The notes under the pieces: generated by a model
What the model was told of the DNA's origin: nothing
The model's database searches: none
Seen by the model: only the letters and a program-made list of their open reading frames with translations
In this document: positions 28,037-36,912 of the stretch, piece after piece
Layout of the letters: each line of letters starts with the position of its first letter
How positions within the stretch are numbered: position 1 is the stretch's first letter
Translations under genes and position numbers: made by a program
Assembly: GCA_017622495.1 (NCBI GenBank)
Contig: JAGAQY010000006.1
Span: forward strand, 424 to 64,423
Source: Bacteroidaceae bacterium
GTDB lineage: Bacteria; Bacteroidota; Bacteroidia; Bacteroidales; Bacteroidaceae
Direction of reading: 5' to 3'
Length of the DNA stretch: 64,000 nucleotides

Positions 28037-28585
28037 ATGGAAAGAACAGAGAATCACCCATTTGAATCGTTTCATTACTGCCCGCGGTGCGGGGCGCGGT
28101 TTGTGAGACACAACGAGAAGGCGTACCACTGCGAGGGGTGCGGATTCGTGTATTACTTCAACCCCTCGGCGGCGACGGTGGCGGTGATAGTGAACGAACG
28201 GAACGAGCTGCTGGTGTGCGTGAGGGCCAAGGAGCCGGCCAAGGGGACGCTGGACCTGCCGGGAGGGTTCTGCGACATGCACGAGAGCGCCGAGCAGGGC
28301 GTGGCACGAGAGGTGCTGGAGGAGACGGGCATGAGGGTGACGGAGACGAAGTATCTGTTTTCGCTGCCAAACACGTACCTGTACAGCGGATTCGTGGTGC
28401 ACACGATAGATGCGTTCTTCCTGTGCAGCGTGCCGCAAGGGGCTATGCCCGTACCACACGATGATGTGGCGGAGTGCCGCTGGGTGCCGATGGGCGAGGT
28501 GAAAGCCGATGACTTCGGGCTGGACTCGGTGAGGGAAGGGGTGAGGAGGATAATTGACAATTCGCAGTTGACAATTCGTGGTTGA
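28037..28585 (+). CDS. NUDIX hydrolase with N-terminal zinc ribbon (NADH-pyrophosphatase-like)
   Basis: Zinc ribbon CPRCG...CEGCG. Nudix box GGFCDMHESAEQGVAREVLEETG. The start may instead be 28004. Confidence 0.8.
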   Translation: MERTENHPFESFHYCPRCGARFVRHNEKAYHCEGCGFVYYFNPSAATVAVIVNERNELLVCVRAKEPAKGTLDLPGGFCDMHESAEQGVAREVLEETGMRVTETKYLFSLPNTYLYSGFVVHTIDAFFLCSVPQGAMPVPHDDVAECRWVPMGEVKADDFGLDSVREGVRRIIDNSQLTIRG

Positions 28586-28674
28586 GTTTTTAGGGCTTGC
28601 TGTGAAACCTTAATAAAATGGTGGAAATGAGAAGAAATATTAAAAAAAGTTTTGCCACCCGAATTTAAAGCAGT

Positions 28675-28682
28675 ACCTTTGC
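28675..28682 (+). promoter_or_regulatory. -7 box (TACCTTTG) with an upstream TTTTG (-33-like, 28650-28654) for the outer-membrane cluster
   Basis: TAnnTTTG lies 26 nt upstream of the ATG at 28708. The TTTG element sits about 20 nt further upstream. Confidence 0.55.
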
Positions 28683-28707
28683 GGTCTGAAAAAAATCAGC
28701 ACAAAAG

Positions 28708-29478
28708 ATGTTTTTAAGAAAAAGATTTGCAAAGGTGCAACTTACGTTGGTTGCTATCCTTGGTTTTTTGGGTGTAGGACAGGCAGTTGCGCAGGATGGG
28801 TTTCGTGTGCCCGCTGTGTCGACCAACTTGATTGACTGGGCACTGGTAACACCTAACGTGGGTGTTGACATACCGCTCACCAATCCGATATACATCAACG
28901 GCGCTTCGCTCTATGTGGAGGCCAAGATGAGCCTGAATGCCAACAAGGCGTATGCACCTGACATGAATTATGAGTATTTCTCGGGTAAGATCGAGTATCG
29001 CCGCCACTTCCGCTTCGGTGAGAACTCTAACGAGTGCTCGCTGATGACGAATGCATGGAACGGGCTGGCCCGCCTGTTTACCACCAAGAAGTACTGGAAC
29101 GAGCGTGTGAACGACCGCCTCAACGACAAGGGACGCAGCTATGCAGGTATATTCGCACAGTATGCGGACTTCTCGATGTGCCTGCCGCTGTATAACTACG
29201 AGCATGGACGCGTGGGACGCGCTGCCATTGCGGGCTTCTCGTATGGCTTCAACAAGCCTTTCTATAACTTCAGCAACAAGTATTGCCTGGAGTGGGAGTT
29301 CGGTACAAGCCTGGGCTGTGTGCTGAGCCAGTATGACTGCTACAACCGCGTGGAGAGCGAGGTGACTGGCAGCGGCAAGTGGTATTACCCAATCATCACT
29401 GACCTGCATGTGTCGCTGGTGCTGCGCAGACAGTCGATAAGTAAAATGTATAGGAAGACCCGCATGACGGACTATTAA
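28708..29478 (+). CDS. DUF3575-like small outer-membrane beta-barrel protein
   Basis: Signal peptide ending AVAQ. The family-typical start of the mature protein is VSTNLIDWALVTPNVGVDIPL. Confidence 0.7.
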   Translation: MFLRKRFAKVQLTLVAILGFLGVGQAVAQDGFRVPAVSTNLIDWALVTPNVGVDIPLTNPIYINGASLYVEAKMSLNANKAYAPDMNYEYFSGKIEYRRHFRFGENSNECSLMTNAWNGLARLFTTKKYWNERVNDRLNDKGRSYAGIFAQYADFSMCLPLYNYEHGRVGRAAIAGFSYGFNKPFYNFSNKYCLEWEFGTSLGCVLSQYDCYNRVESEVTGSGKWYYPIITDLHVSLVLRRQSISKMYRKTRMTDY

Positions 29479-29491
29479 TAATGATTGACGT

Positions 29492-30049
29492 ATGAAGAAG
29501 CATATAATGATAATGAAACGGAGCTTGTGGATAGCTGTAGCACTGATGGGGTTGTGCTCACAACCTGTGGTGGCACAGCATATCTCTGTGAAGACAAATG
29601 TTCTCTCCGACCTGGGACTGGTGCCCAACATCGGTACCGAACTGGTGATAGGCGAGAAGACGAGCCTGAACGTGGAACTGATGGGTACCGTAGCAAAACC
29701 CTGGGGACTCGACATGGAGATGGCTATGGGTAGCCTCCAGTACAGATACTGGATATCGAAGCGTTCGCTGACACAGCTCTTCGTAGGTGCAGGACTGAAG
29801 GCCGGCGCTTATACCTATAATAATAAGAACGGTCTGTACAGGGCCGATATGGCTGCCGCCGAGATCGTGGCCGGATATGCATGGCCGCTCTCGAAGCGCT
29901 GGAACCTGGAGGTGCAGTATGGATGGGGACTCCTCATGCGCTATGCCAATGACATGCCTGCTGCCGAGGGTGTCACAAGCCAACCGGGAATGAAGTATGA
30001 CATTGCTACAACGTCAATAGGTGTTAATTTCGTATATATCTTGAAATAA
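29492..30049 (+). CDS. DUF3575-like small outer-membrane beta-barrel protein
   Basis: Signal peptide ending VVAQ. Motifs VKTNVLSDLGLVPNIGTELVIG, LQYRYWIS and WNLEVQYGWG. Confidence 0.75.
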   Translation: MKKHIMIMKRSLWIAVALMGLCSQPVVAQHISVKTNVLSDLGLVPNIGTELVIGEKTSLNVELMGTVAKPWGLDMEMAMGSLQYRYWISKRSLTQLFVGAGLKAGAYTYNNKNGLYRADMAAAEIVAGYAWPLSKRWNLEVQYGWGLLMRYANDMPAAEGVTSQPGMKYDIATTSIGVNFVYILK

Positions 30050-32478
30050 TGAATAACTGGAAAAAGATCGTAGGGTTGCTGGCCATTGTCGTGATGATAG
30101 GCAGTGGCAACGCGTGGGCGCAGGACCACTATGTGCAGGGTAAGGTTGTCAACGTGACCGACGGGGACAAACCTTTTGCCGTAGGTACAGTAAACCTGTA
30201 TTTCGTGAAGAGCCAGAAAGAGGCTAAGGAGGTGGCGCGTAACCTGAGAAAGGACCACCACTACTATGATACCAAGGTGCAGGAGATGCTCATCATACAG
30301 CCTGACGAGAATGGTTACTACGCTTGTGAGGAGGCCTACTCGAATGGTTGCATCGTGGTGGACTATGGTATGGACAACTGTCCCATATTCCCCATCATGG
30401 ACAAGGGTGACCTGGATATCGAGGTTGCCGTGGAGGGTGAGAAGATTGACGAGGTAGAAATCGTGGCCAAGCTGCCCGATGCGGATGTGCTGGAGCCTAC
30501 GGCACCGACACTGATCGGTGACCAGATGTTTTTCACACCGAACTTTGCCGCCCAGGGACACAAGCACGACCGTATCATCTATCAGACGTACGTGACCACT
30601 TGCTTCAGCGAGACGGATACGATACTCGACTACTTTGACCCGGTAATCGTGGTGGGCGACCAGTTTGCCCTCACACAGGAGCGCCGCATGAGCTATGTGC
30701 CCCAGCGCGACACGCTGTATCCCTATACCGACACGACTATCGTGCTCGATGGAGAGTACAAGAAGTTTAGCCGCGACTACCAGTTTACCATGCCCGACCC
30801 CCACGCCTATTACCAGCTCAAGCTCACCAAGGTGACACAGCAGTATCCTGGTATCGTGGAGACTATCGACACGATAGCTTGTAAGTGCCAGCGCGAGGAC
30901 CCGCTGCAGTATTTCCAGTTGGGATTCGCATCGTTTGCCCTGGATCCTCTCAAGTATAGACCCAGCTCACAGCTGCGCGCAAGAAACGATGCCGACACCG
31001 TATCGCTCACCTTCCTCGTGGGTAGCACGCGCATAGACCCCAAGAACCCGAAGAACGAGACGGAGTGGAACAAGATCGTGGATAACCTGAAGGCTATCCT
31101 CGAGACTACAGGCTCGCGCATACAGTCATACGAAATCGTGGGTGTGGCCTCTCCTGAGGGTGGATATCAGTCGAACTTGAACCTCGCCGGACGCCGTGCC
31201 AACTATGCTATCGAGCAGCTCAGGGCGCAGGGATTGCTGAAGTCTACAACTCCTACCGAATGGCGTGGTGAGGTGGCCGGATGGGACCAGGTGGCCGACC
31301 TCATGCAGCAGCGCGACCCCGTGAAGGCTGCCGAGATTGCCGAGATCGTGGCCAACTACCCCACAATAGACGCGCAGTCGGCTCAGATGCGCCGCTTGCC
31401 CTACTACAGGGAGATCGCCGACAGTATATTGCCCAAGTTGCGTTGTGTGCGCACAAGCTGTAAGTATACCGTACGCCGTAACCTGAGCAGTGCCGAGGTG
31501 ATGGAGATATACAGAACGAATCCTGACTTCAAGTTTGAACCTCTCGAGTTCTGGATGCTCATACAGGGTATCAAGAATCCTGAGGAGAAGATTGCCATCT
31601 GCAAGCGCGCACTTGCCGAGATCACATACGACTCGCCCATACGCCCCTTCGCTGCCAATGCCATGGCTCAGCAGAAGATTGACTTGTCGATGATGGATAC
31701 CGTATTGCTGAAGGAGTTTATCTTCCCGCAATATCGTGTGAACCAGGATCTGAAGATTTCGGATACCTATACTAAGATATATAACCCCGGTGAAATCTTG
31801 GGTAACCAGGTATATATGTACCTGCTCAGCAGACGATTCTTCTCGGCTGCAAGCCTCGTACGCCGCCTGGAGAACATTCCCGAGTTTAGAGAACTGTCGA
31901 TGCTGGTTGCCTGCCTCAACGGTTACTACGCTCAGGATCCCGAGGTGCTGAACGCCAACCTTGGCAAGGATGTAATCAACGATATCGTACTGCACTTGGC
32001 AATGGGTGCCAAGCAGAACAAGGGTAAGGTGTCGCGCGAGATGCAGCGCTACCACAATGTGGAGGCCCTGAAGATGATTCGCCAGCTCAACGACCTGCCC
32101 GCTGAGAAACAGGCGCTGGGCTACTACCTCAAGGCTGTAATCTATAGCCGTCTCGACCTGGCTATCGCCGAGGCCAACGTGTTTACAGGATATCTCTATG
32201 AGAATAAGGCTGTAGACTGCCTGGTGAAGTGCTTCGAGCTGGATGAGTCGTTCATCCGCCGATGCCAGGGTGATGCCTATGTGAGAGATTCATACCAGGA
32301 TGGCGACGTACGTGAGAGAGACCTCTATGAGGAGGCTGTGGCCAGATACTACAGATGGAAAGATGGCGACGGGGATCTGGGATATACCGTGTTGGATGAC
32401 ATGTCGGTAGACGAGTTTGGATTTGGTGCCCCCGATCCTACTCCCGAGGATGTAGAAGACTGGGGCTTAACAAAGTAA
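30049..32478 (+). CDS. large secreted protein with central OmpA-like/DUF3868-like motif and helical-repeat C-terminal half
   Basis: Signal peptide ending AWAQ. The central motif IVGVASPEGGYQSNLNLAGRRANYAIEQL is an OmpA-type peptidoglycan-binding variant. It is seen next to DUF3575 genes in Bacteroidales type V pilus loci. The start overlaps the previous stop (TAATG). Confidence 0.55.
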   Translation: MNNWKKIVGLLAIVVMIGSGNAWAQDHYVQGKVVNVTDGDKPFAVGTVNLYFVKSQKEAKEVARNLRKDHHYYDTKVQEMLIIQPDENGYYACEEAYSNGCIVVDYGMDNCPIFPIMDKGDLDIEVAVEGEKIDEVEIVAKLPDADVLEPTAPTLIGDQMFFTPNFAAQGHKHDRIIYQTYVTTCFSETDTILDYFDPVIVVGDQFALTQERRMSYVPQRDTLYPYTDTTIVLDGEYKKFSRDYQFTMPDPHAYYQLKLTKVTQQYPGIVETIDTIACKCQREDPLQYFQLGFASFALDPLKYRPSSQLRARNDADTVSLTFLVGSTRIDPKNPKNETEWNKIVDNLKAILETTGSRIQSYEIVGVASPEGGYQSNLNLAGRRANYAIEQLRAQGLLKSTTPTEWRGEVAGWDQVADLMQQRDPVKAAEIAEIVANYPTIDAQSAQMRRLPYYREIADSILPKLRCVRTSCKYTVRRNLSSAEVMEIYRTNPDFKFEPLEFWMLIQGIKNPEEKIAICKRALAEITYDSPIRPFAANAMAQQKIDLSMMDTVLLKEFIFPQYRVNQDLKISDTYTKIYNPGEILGNQVYMYLLSRRFFSAASLVRRLENIPEFRELSMLVACLNGYYAQDPEVLNANLGKDVINDIVLHLAMGAKQNKGKVSREMQRYHNVEALKMIRQLNDLPAEKQALGYYLKAVIYSRLDLAIAEANVFTGYLYENKAVDCLVKCFELDESFIRRCQGDAYVRDSYQDGDVRERDLYEEAVARYYRWKDGDGDLGYTVLDDMSVDEFGFGAPDPTPEDVEDWGLTK

Positions 32479-32502
32479 TAATAGAAAGACGTATATAGGA
32501 AT

Positions 32503-35376
32503 ATGATGAGATATAAGTATCTACGCAGCTTTTTGATGGTGTTGGGGGTAGTTTTGCTCATGCCCCAGGGTATGCATGCCCAGAACATCGATGATTTTAA
32601 GAAGGATACGACCTCCTTTAACGCTCTGGACCACTTGATAACTCCGCGTTATCGCACGCCCGACAAGCATGTATTTGTACCCGGTTGGCTCAAGCACATC
32701 TCAATGGGTGTGTATACCGACCAGTCGATGCCGTTCATCGCACCGCACCGTAACGACTTCATCTCGAAGTATAACTTCCACTGGGGTGCTTTCGTGAACA
32801 AGTACTTCGACCAGCACAACGGTATACGCCTCAACTATGACTATGCCAACATGGCTCTTGCCGATGACAAGTATGCACTACGTCATCAGCTGGGACTCGA
32901 CTACATGTGGGATATGTCGAACTACTACTTCGGATACAACGAGGCTCGACCCTGGTCGCTGGCTTATGTTGTGGGTATGGACTTCGGACGCAGCTCTATC
33001 GCCGATGCAGGATATTATTATGGTGGCTTGCACACTGGTCTGCAGGTAAGGGCCAACCTCTCGCCCCGATCATACTTCTTCGTAGAGCCCCGCGTATCGG
33101 CATATACCAACAACCATACTCGTGACGACTGGCACAACATCGACGTGAAGAGCCACGTGCTCGTAGGTTGGGGTGCCCGCCTCACATCGCCCTACAAGCC
33201 CTTGCAGTGGACTGTAGACGAGGATACCGTGACCAAGACAGACAACTACTTCATACAGCTCAGCATGGGTGCATTCGACAGCTTTGCCGACATGCGCGCC
33301 GGTGCTCCCGAGATGGGTCCTTCGTTCCACTTCGCTGTGGGTCGCTGGTTTAACCCCAAACTCGGTGTGCGCACATCGCTCTATGCCGAGCAGCTGAACA
33401 GGATACACCGCAACAGACGTGCAGGTGCCATGGTAGAGGGTGTGATGAGTATCCCTCACTTCTTCGGATTCGATATGGGACGCTTCGGCCTTGAGGTGTC
33501 GGGCGGTATGCGCTACGACCGTGTGTGCTGGGCTCTGGGTCAGTGGGGTAGCTCATCGGCCATCCAGCTGAAATACTTCGTGAACAAGCAGTTTGCCCTG
33601 TTTGCCGACGCCAGATACTCATCTATGTATAATGGCGAGCACGACCGCTACGATGAGTATGGTAACTTCAACCTCGGTGTGGAGTTCTACAAGTCGAACT
33701 ACAACCGCTACTCTGCCAAGTACATGACCATGGGCGATGTAGAGTACCGCAGAGGGTTCTTCGCTTCGGTAGCTTATGGACGTCAGTACCCCTTCCTCAT
33801 GGGTGGCGACTGGCTGGCATCTCTGAATCCTAGCTACAACTTCACATTGGGTTATCGCTTCGACGACTACAGTGCCTTGCGCCTGAAGCTCGACAATACC
33901 GAGTATGAGGTAGAGGGCATCAAGTCGAAGACAAACTGGAGCACCTTCTCGCCCCAATACATGTTTAACGTGACCAACTGGTGGCTGGGCAACACCAATC
34001 ACCGCTTCGACCTGCGTCCGTACGCCGGTCCTGTAATCTCGCTCACTGATGCTGAGTATTTTGGTCACGGTATCGAGATCGGTATGCCGGTAGTATGGAA
34101 GGTGGCTCCTGCCATCGAGCTCTTCGTAGAGCCTTCGTACCGCTACATGTCGGGTTGGGCACTCAGACAGTGTCTGCTGTATGACAAGGGTATGTGGAAC
34201 ATGACCGCAGGTATCAGCTATGTGAACGGGCCTCTCTACTTCCGCCGATATATGGAGAAGTTCAACTGGGGTAAGGACTGGTTCGTATCTGTATTCGGCG
34301 GTCTGCAGAAAGACCATAACTCTAACGGATACGATGACGTGATGATGGAGCCCGGTGACATCACTGCCCTGCCTATCGGTAATGTTGCCGTAGGTCGATG
34401 GTTCGGCCCTGTAGGTGCTCGTGTATCAGCCTTCGGTTCGCTCAACCGTACTTACCAGGAGCCCTTCCTGCTCGCTATGGCTTATGCAGGTGGTCGTCTC
34501 GAGGGTATGCTGAACGTATCGTCGCTCTTTGCTCCTACAAAGGAACTCAGAAAGTTTGAGGTCGACATCCTCGGCGGTTATCATGGTAGTGTGCTGTATC
34601 GTCCGCTGCCGCAGTATGAAGACCACTGGGCGTATGCCAGCGGTCCGACTGTAGCTGCACAGCTCAAGTACTATGTACGCGACGGTATAGGTCTGTTCAT
34701 CGAGCCCCGCCATACATGGCTCGGCTATGAGCGTCAGTTCGTCGACGAATATGGTGGTACCATCCCCCACTTCGAGCAGCGCATCACCGATGTTAGCGTG
34801 GGTATGGAAATACGTCAGCGCAACCCCATCAAGGAGGAGCTCAAGAAGAGCTACGCTGGATTCACTCCGCGCACGTTCGTATCGGCCGACTTTGGTTTGT
34901 CTTATCCGATGAACTTCTTCCACGTGAAGCCCGTGAAGGATGTGTTGGGCATCTTCAGTCCGCACGTGGGGCTGGCCGTAGGTCGTGAGTTCAATGCACT
35001 GAGCTCTATCCGTTTCAGAGCTACATATAACAATCTCCAGTCTGACTTCACCGATGCTATTGAGCATGGCATGTCAGGTAGTGTAGAATATATGCTCAAT
35101 GTGACCAACGCAATGTTGGGCTACGACCCCTCGCGCATCATGGATGTAAAGGCTACCGTGGGTGTAGATGCATTGTACTCTACCTACAAGAACCGTACCA
35201 ACCTGGGTTGGCACCTGGGCGCTCAGTGGGGATTCCGTGCTTCGGACAACTGGAAGATCTTTGCCGAAGGTAACGTAGCTATATACCACAAGCCCGAAAT
35301 CGTTGAGGGTATGCGTATCGTACGTGACAATGGTCTTATGCCTCAGGCATCGATCGGTGCAGCCTACTACTTCTAA
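32503..35376 (+). CDS. 957-aa outer-membrane protein built from five tandem small-beta-barrel-like modules
   Basis: Signal peptide ending MHAQ. Five modules of roughly 170-190 aa share a strand pattern. Shared elements include AVGRWFNPKLGVRTS / AVGRWFGPVGARVS / AVGREFNALSSIRF, YMFNVTNWWLG / YMLNVTNAMLG / GMLNVSSLFA, and LFVEPSYRYM / LFIEPRHTWLGY / FFVEPRVSAY. The C-terminus is AAYYF, a beta-signal-like terminal Phe. Confidence 0.6.
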   Translation: MMRYKYLRSFLMVLGVVLLMPQGMHAQNIDDFKKDTTSFNALDHLITPRYRTPDKHVFVPGWLKHISMGVYTDQSMPFIAPHRNDFISKYNFHWGAFVNKYFDQHNGIRLNYDYANMALADDKYALRHQLGLDYMWDMSNYYFGYNEARPWSLAYVVGMDFGRSSIADAGYYYGGLHTGLQVRANLSPRSYFFVEPRVSAYTNNHTRDDWHNIDVKSHVLVGWGARLTSPYKPLQWTVDEDTVTKTDNYFIQLSMGAFDSFADMRAGAPEMGPSFHFAVGRWFNPKLGVRTSLYAEQLNRIHRNRRAGAMVEGVMSIPHFFGFDMGRFGLEVSGGMRYDRVCWALGQWGSSSAIQLKYFVNKQFALFADARYSSMYNGEHDRYDEYGNFNLGVEFYKSNYNRYSAKYMTMGDVEYRRGFFASVAYGRQYPFLMGGDWLASLNPSYNFTLGYRFDDYSALRLKLDNTEYEVEGIKSKTNWSTFSPQYMFNVTNWWLGNTNHRFDLRPYAGPVISLTDAEYFGHGIEIGMPVVWKVAPAIELFVEPSYRYMSGWALRQCLLYDKGMWNMTAGISYVNGPLYFRRYMEKFNWGKDWFVSVFGGLQKDHNSNGYDDVMMEPGDITALPIGNVAVGRWFGPVGARVSAFGSLNRTYQEPFLLAMAYAGGRLEGMLNVSSLFAPTKELRKFEVDILGGYHGSVLYRPLPQYEDHWAYASGPTVAAQLKYYVRDGIGLFIEPRHTWLGYERQFVDEYGGTIPHFEQRITDVSVGMEIRQRNPIKEELKKSYAGFTPRTFVSADFGLSYPMNFFHVKPVKDVLGIFSPHVGLAVGREFNALSSIRFRATYNNLQSDFTDAIEHGMSGSVEYMLNVTNAMLGYDPSRIMDVKATVGVDALYSTYKNRTNLGWHLGAQWGFRASDNWKIFAEGNVAIYHKPEIVEGMRIVRDNGLMPQASIGAAYYF

Positions 35377-35396
35377 GGATTGGCCAACAGATAGAA

Positions 35397-35437
35397 TGAA
35401 GAGGGAGAATCGTGAGATTCTCCCTCTTCATCTTTTG
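35397..35437. terminator. bidirectional terminator between convergent genes
   Basis: Perfect 15-bp stem TGAAGAGGGAGAATC / GATTCTCCCTCTTCA, loop GTGA, with T-rich sequence downstream. Confidence 0.8.
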
Positions 35438-35458
35438 TCTAATGCTTGATGACTAATG

Positions 35459-36445
35459 TCATTTGTGCTTGGCGAACACGACCTTGCTGCCTTTGACGCG
35501 TTTCTTGTATTCGGGGCGCTCCTCGATGAAAGAGAGGATGTGTCGCTTGCGCTTGTCTTCGTGCAGCTCGTTTACATGGATGAGTATGCCGGTCTCCTCT
35601 ACATTGCCAAACTCGTGGTTGATGGCGGTGCCGAACATCAGCATGGTGGGGGAGAGGTTCATGTAGGCGTTTACCAGGGGAGGTATGTTGCATCCTCGCT
35701 TGCGCACCTCTGCATTGAGTATGCGGTAGTCGAGCTTGAAGTCGTCTTCCACGAACAGCTCTCTGAACTGCTTGGGGTTGTGCTCCAGGAACAGAGGCTG
35801 GTAGGCACTCACCAGGTGGCGGCGGTCGCCAAAATGCTTGTCGAGGAAGTAGAGTATCATGTCGCGGGCAAGCCTGTCGTAGGAGGGGTACATGGTCATT
35901 TTGCCAAAGAAGTACTCGGCACCATCGAGCACTACGGTGAGTGAGGCAAGGCCGTCGAAGAGGTTGTCAAGTGCAAACAGACCCTTGGTGTCGGTACGTG
36001 ATGCCTGATACTCTATGGCTACGAATGAACGGCCCAGTTCAAGGGTGCGGGGCAGATAGTGCTGGATAAACTTCTCGGAGAAGTGGAACATGTGTGAGGT
36101 GGCGAGGATTGGCTGTCCCTTGTCGTCGAACTTGGCATCGGAGCCATGCAGGTAGCGGTATCCGCCTATAATCTCCTCTGCATCGGGGTTCCACACCACG
36201 AGTTGCTTGTAGGGTACCTCCATCGTATCGAACTCATCGATGTCGACACTCATGCCAGTGCCACCGCCACCTGCACGAAAAGCAATCTCGCGCAAGCGAC
36301 CTATCTCCTGCATCACGTTGGGGGCAGTGTGGGCATCGATTATGTATAGCTCATTGCCACCGCGATTGGTGTGTCGCAGGAGTCGTTCCTCGGTGAGTTC
36401 GGATTTCAGTAGTTCCTTACTGATGGGGGCGATAACATTTTCCAT
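35459..36445 (-). CDS. glsB: GNAT-fold N-acyl amino acid synthase (OlsB/GlsB, commendamide-synthase-like)
   Basis: Strong resemblance, from memory, to Bacteroides N-acyltransferases. Recalled segments are IGRLREIAFRAGGGGTG, DIDEFDTME, GRSFVAIEYQ, YFFGKMTMYPSY and IPPLVNAYMNLSPTM. Confidence 0.75.
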   Translation of the reverse strand: MENVIAPISKELLKSELTEERLLRHTNRGGNELYIIDAHTAPNVMQEIGRLREIAFRAGGGGTGMSVDIDEFDTMEVPYKQLVVWNPDAEEIIGGYRYLHGSDAKFDDKGQPILATSHMFHFSEKFIQHYLPRTLELGRSFVAIEYQASRTDTKGLFALDNLFDGLASLTVVLDGAEYFFGKMTMYPSYDRLARDMILYFLDKHFGDRRHLVSAYQPLFLEHNPKQFRELFVEDDFKLDYRILNAEVRKRGCNIPPLVNAYMNLSPTMLMFGTAINHEFGNVEETGILIHVNELHEDKRKRHILSFIEERPEYKKRVKGSKVVFAKHK

Positions 36446-36515
36446 TATGTCTTCGTTGTCTTGCTTTTAATAATCTTGTCATGAATCGCTTACTGTATGG
36501 TAAACGAATGTGCTA

Positions 36516-36523
36516 CAAAAGTA
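36516..36523 (-). promoter_or_regulatory. -7 promoter box (reverse complement TACTTTTG) for the N-acyltransferase gene
   Basis: The + strand reads CAAAAGTA, about 70 nt upstream of the ATG at 36445. Confidence 0.4.
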
Positions 36524-36568
36524 AGGACATTTTTTTATATTTACCTTATATGAGCGGTAAAATGGAGC

Positions 36569-36883
36569 CTATTCCATATAGAATACCTCGGGCAGAGGAA
36601 TCGATACAGGTGAGTTGTCGGGGTTTACCTCCATGATGTCGGCCATGTAGTCCCACCACTTCTGCACGATGGGGTTGTCACCCATGTCTTGCGAACCACC
36701 TTCGCCGCGTACCTTCTGGCAGGCAAAAAGTATGTTGGTGTCTTTGTCCCAATAGATGGAGTAGTCGTAGACTCCGTTATCGGACAGCATTTTCTTCAGC
36801 TCAGGCCATATGGCTGCATGGCGGCGTTCGTACTCTTCCTCGCAACCGGGCTTGAGGAACATCTTGAAAGCTTCTCTTTTCAT
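36569..36883 (-). CDS. rhaM: L-rhamnose mutarotase
   Basis: 104 aa starting MKREAFKMFLKPGCEEEYERRHAAIWPEL, a characteristic RhaM start. Confidence 0.85.
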   Translation of the reverse strand: MKREAFKMFLKPGCEEEYERRHAAIWPELKKMLSDNGVYDYSIYWDKDTNILFACQKVRGEGGSQDMGDNPIVQKWWDYMADIMEVNPDNSPVSIPLPEVFYME

Positions 36884-36912
36884 AATGTATATGGATTAGA
36901 TGTTAGTAGTTG

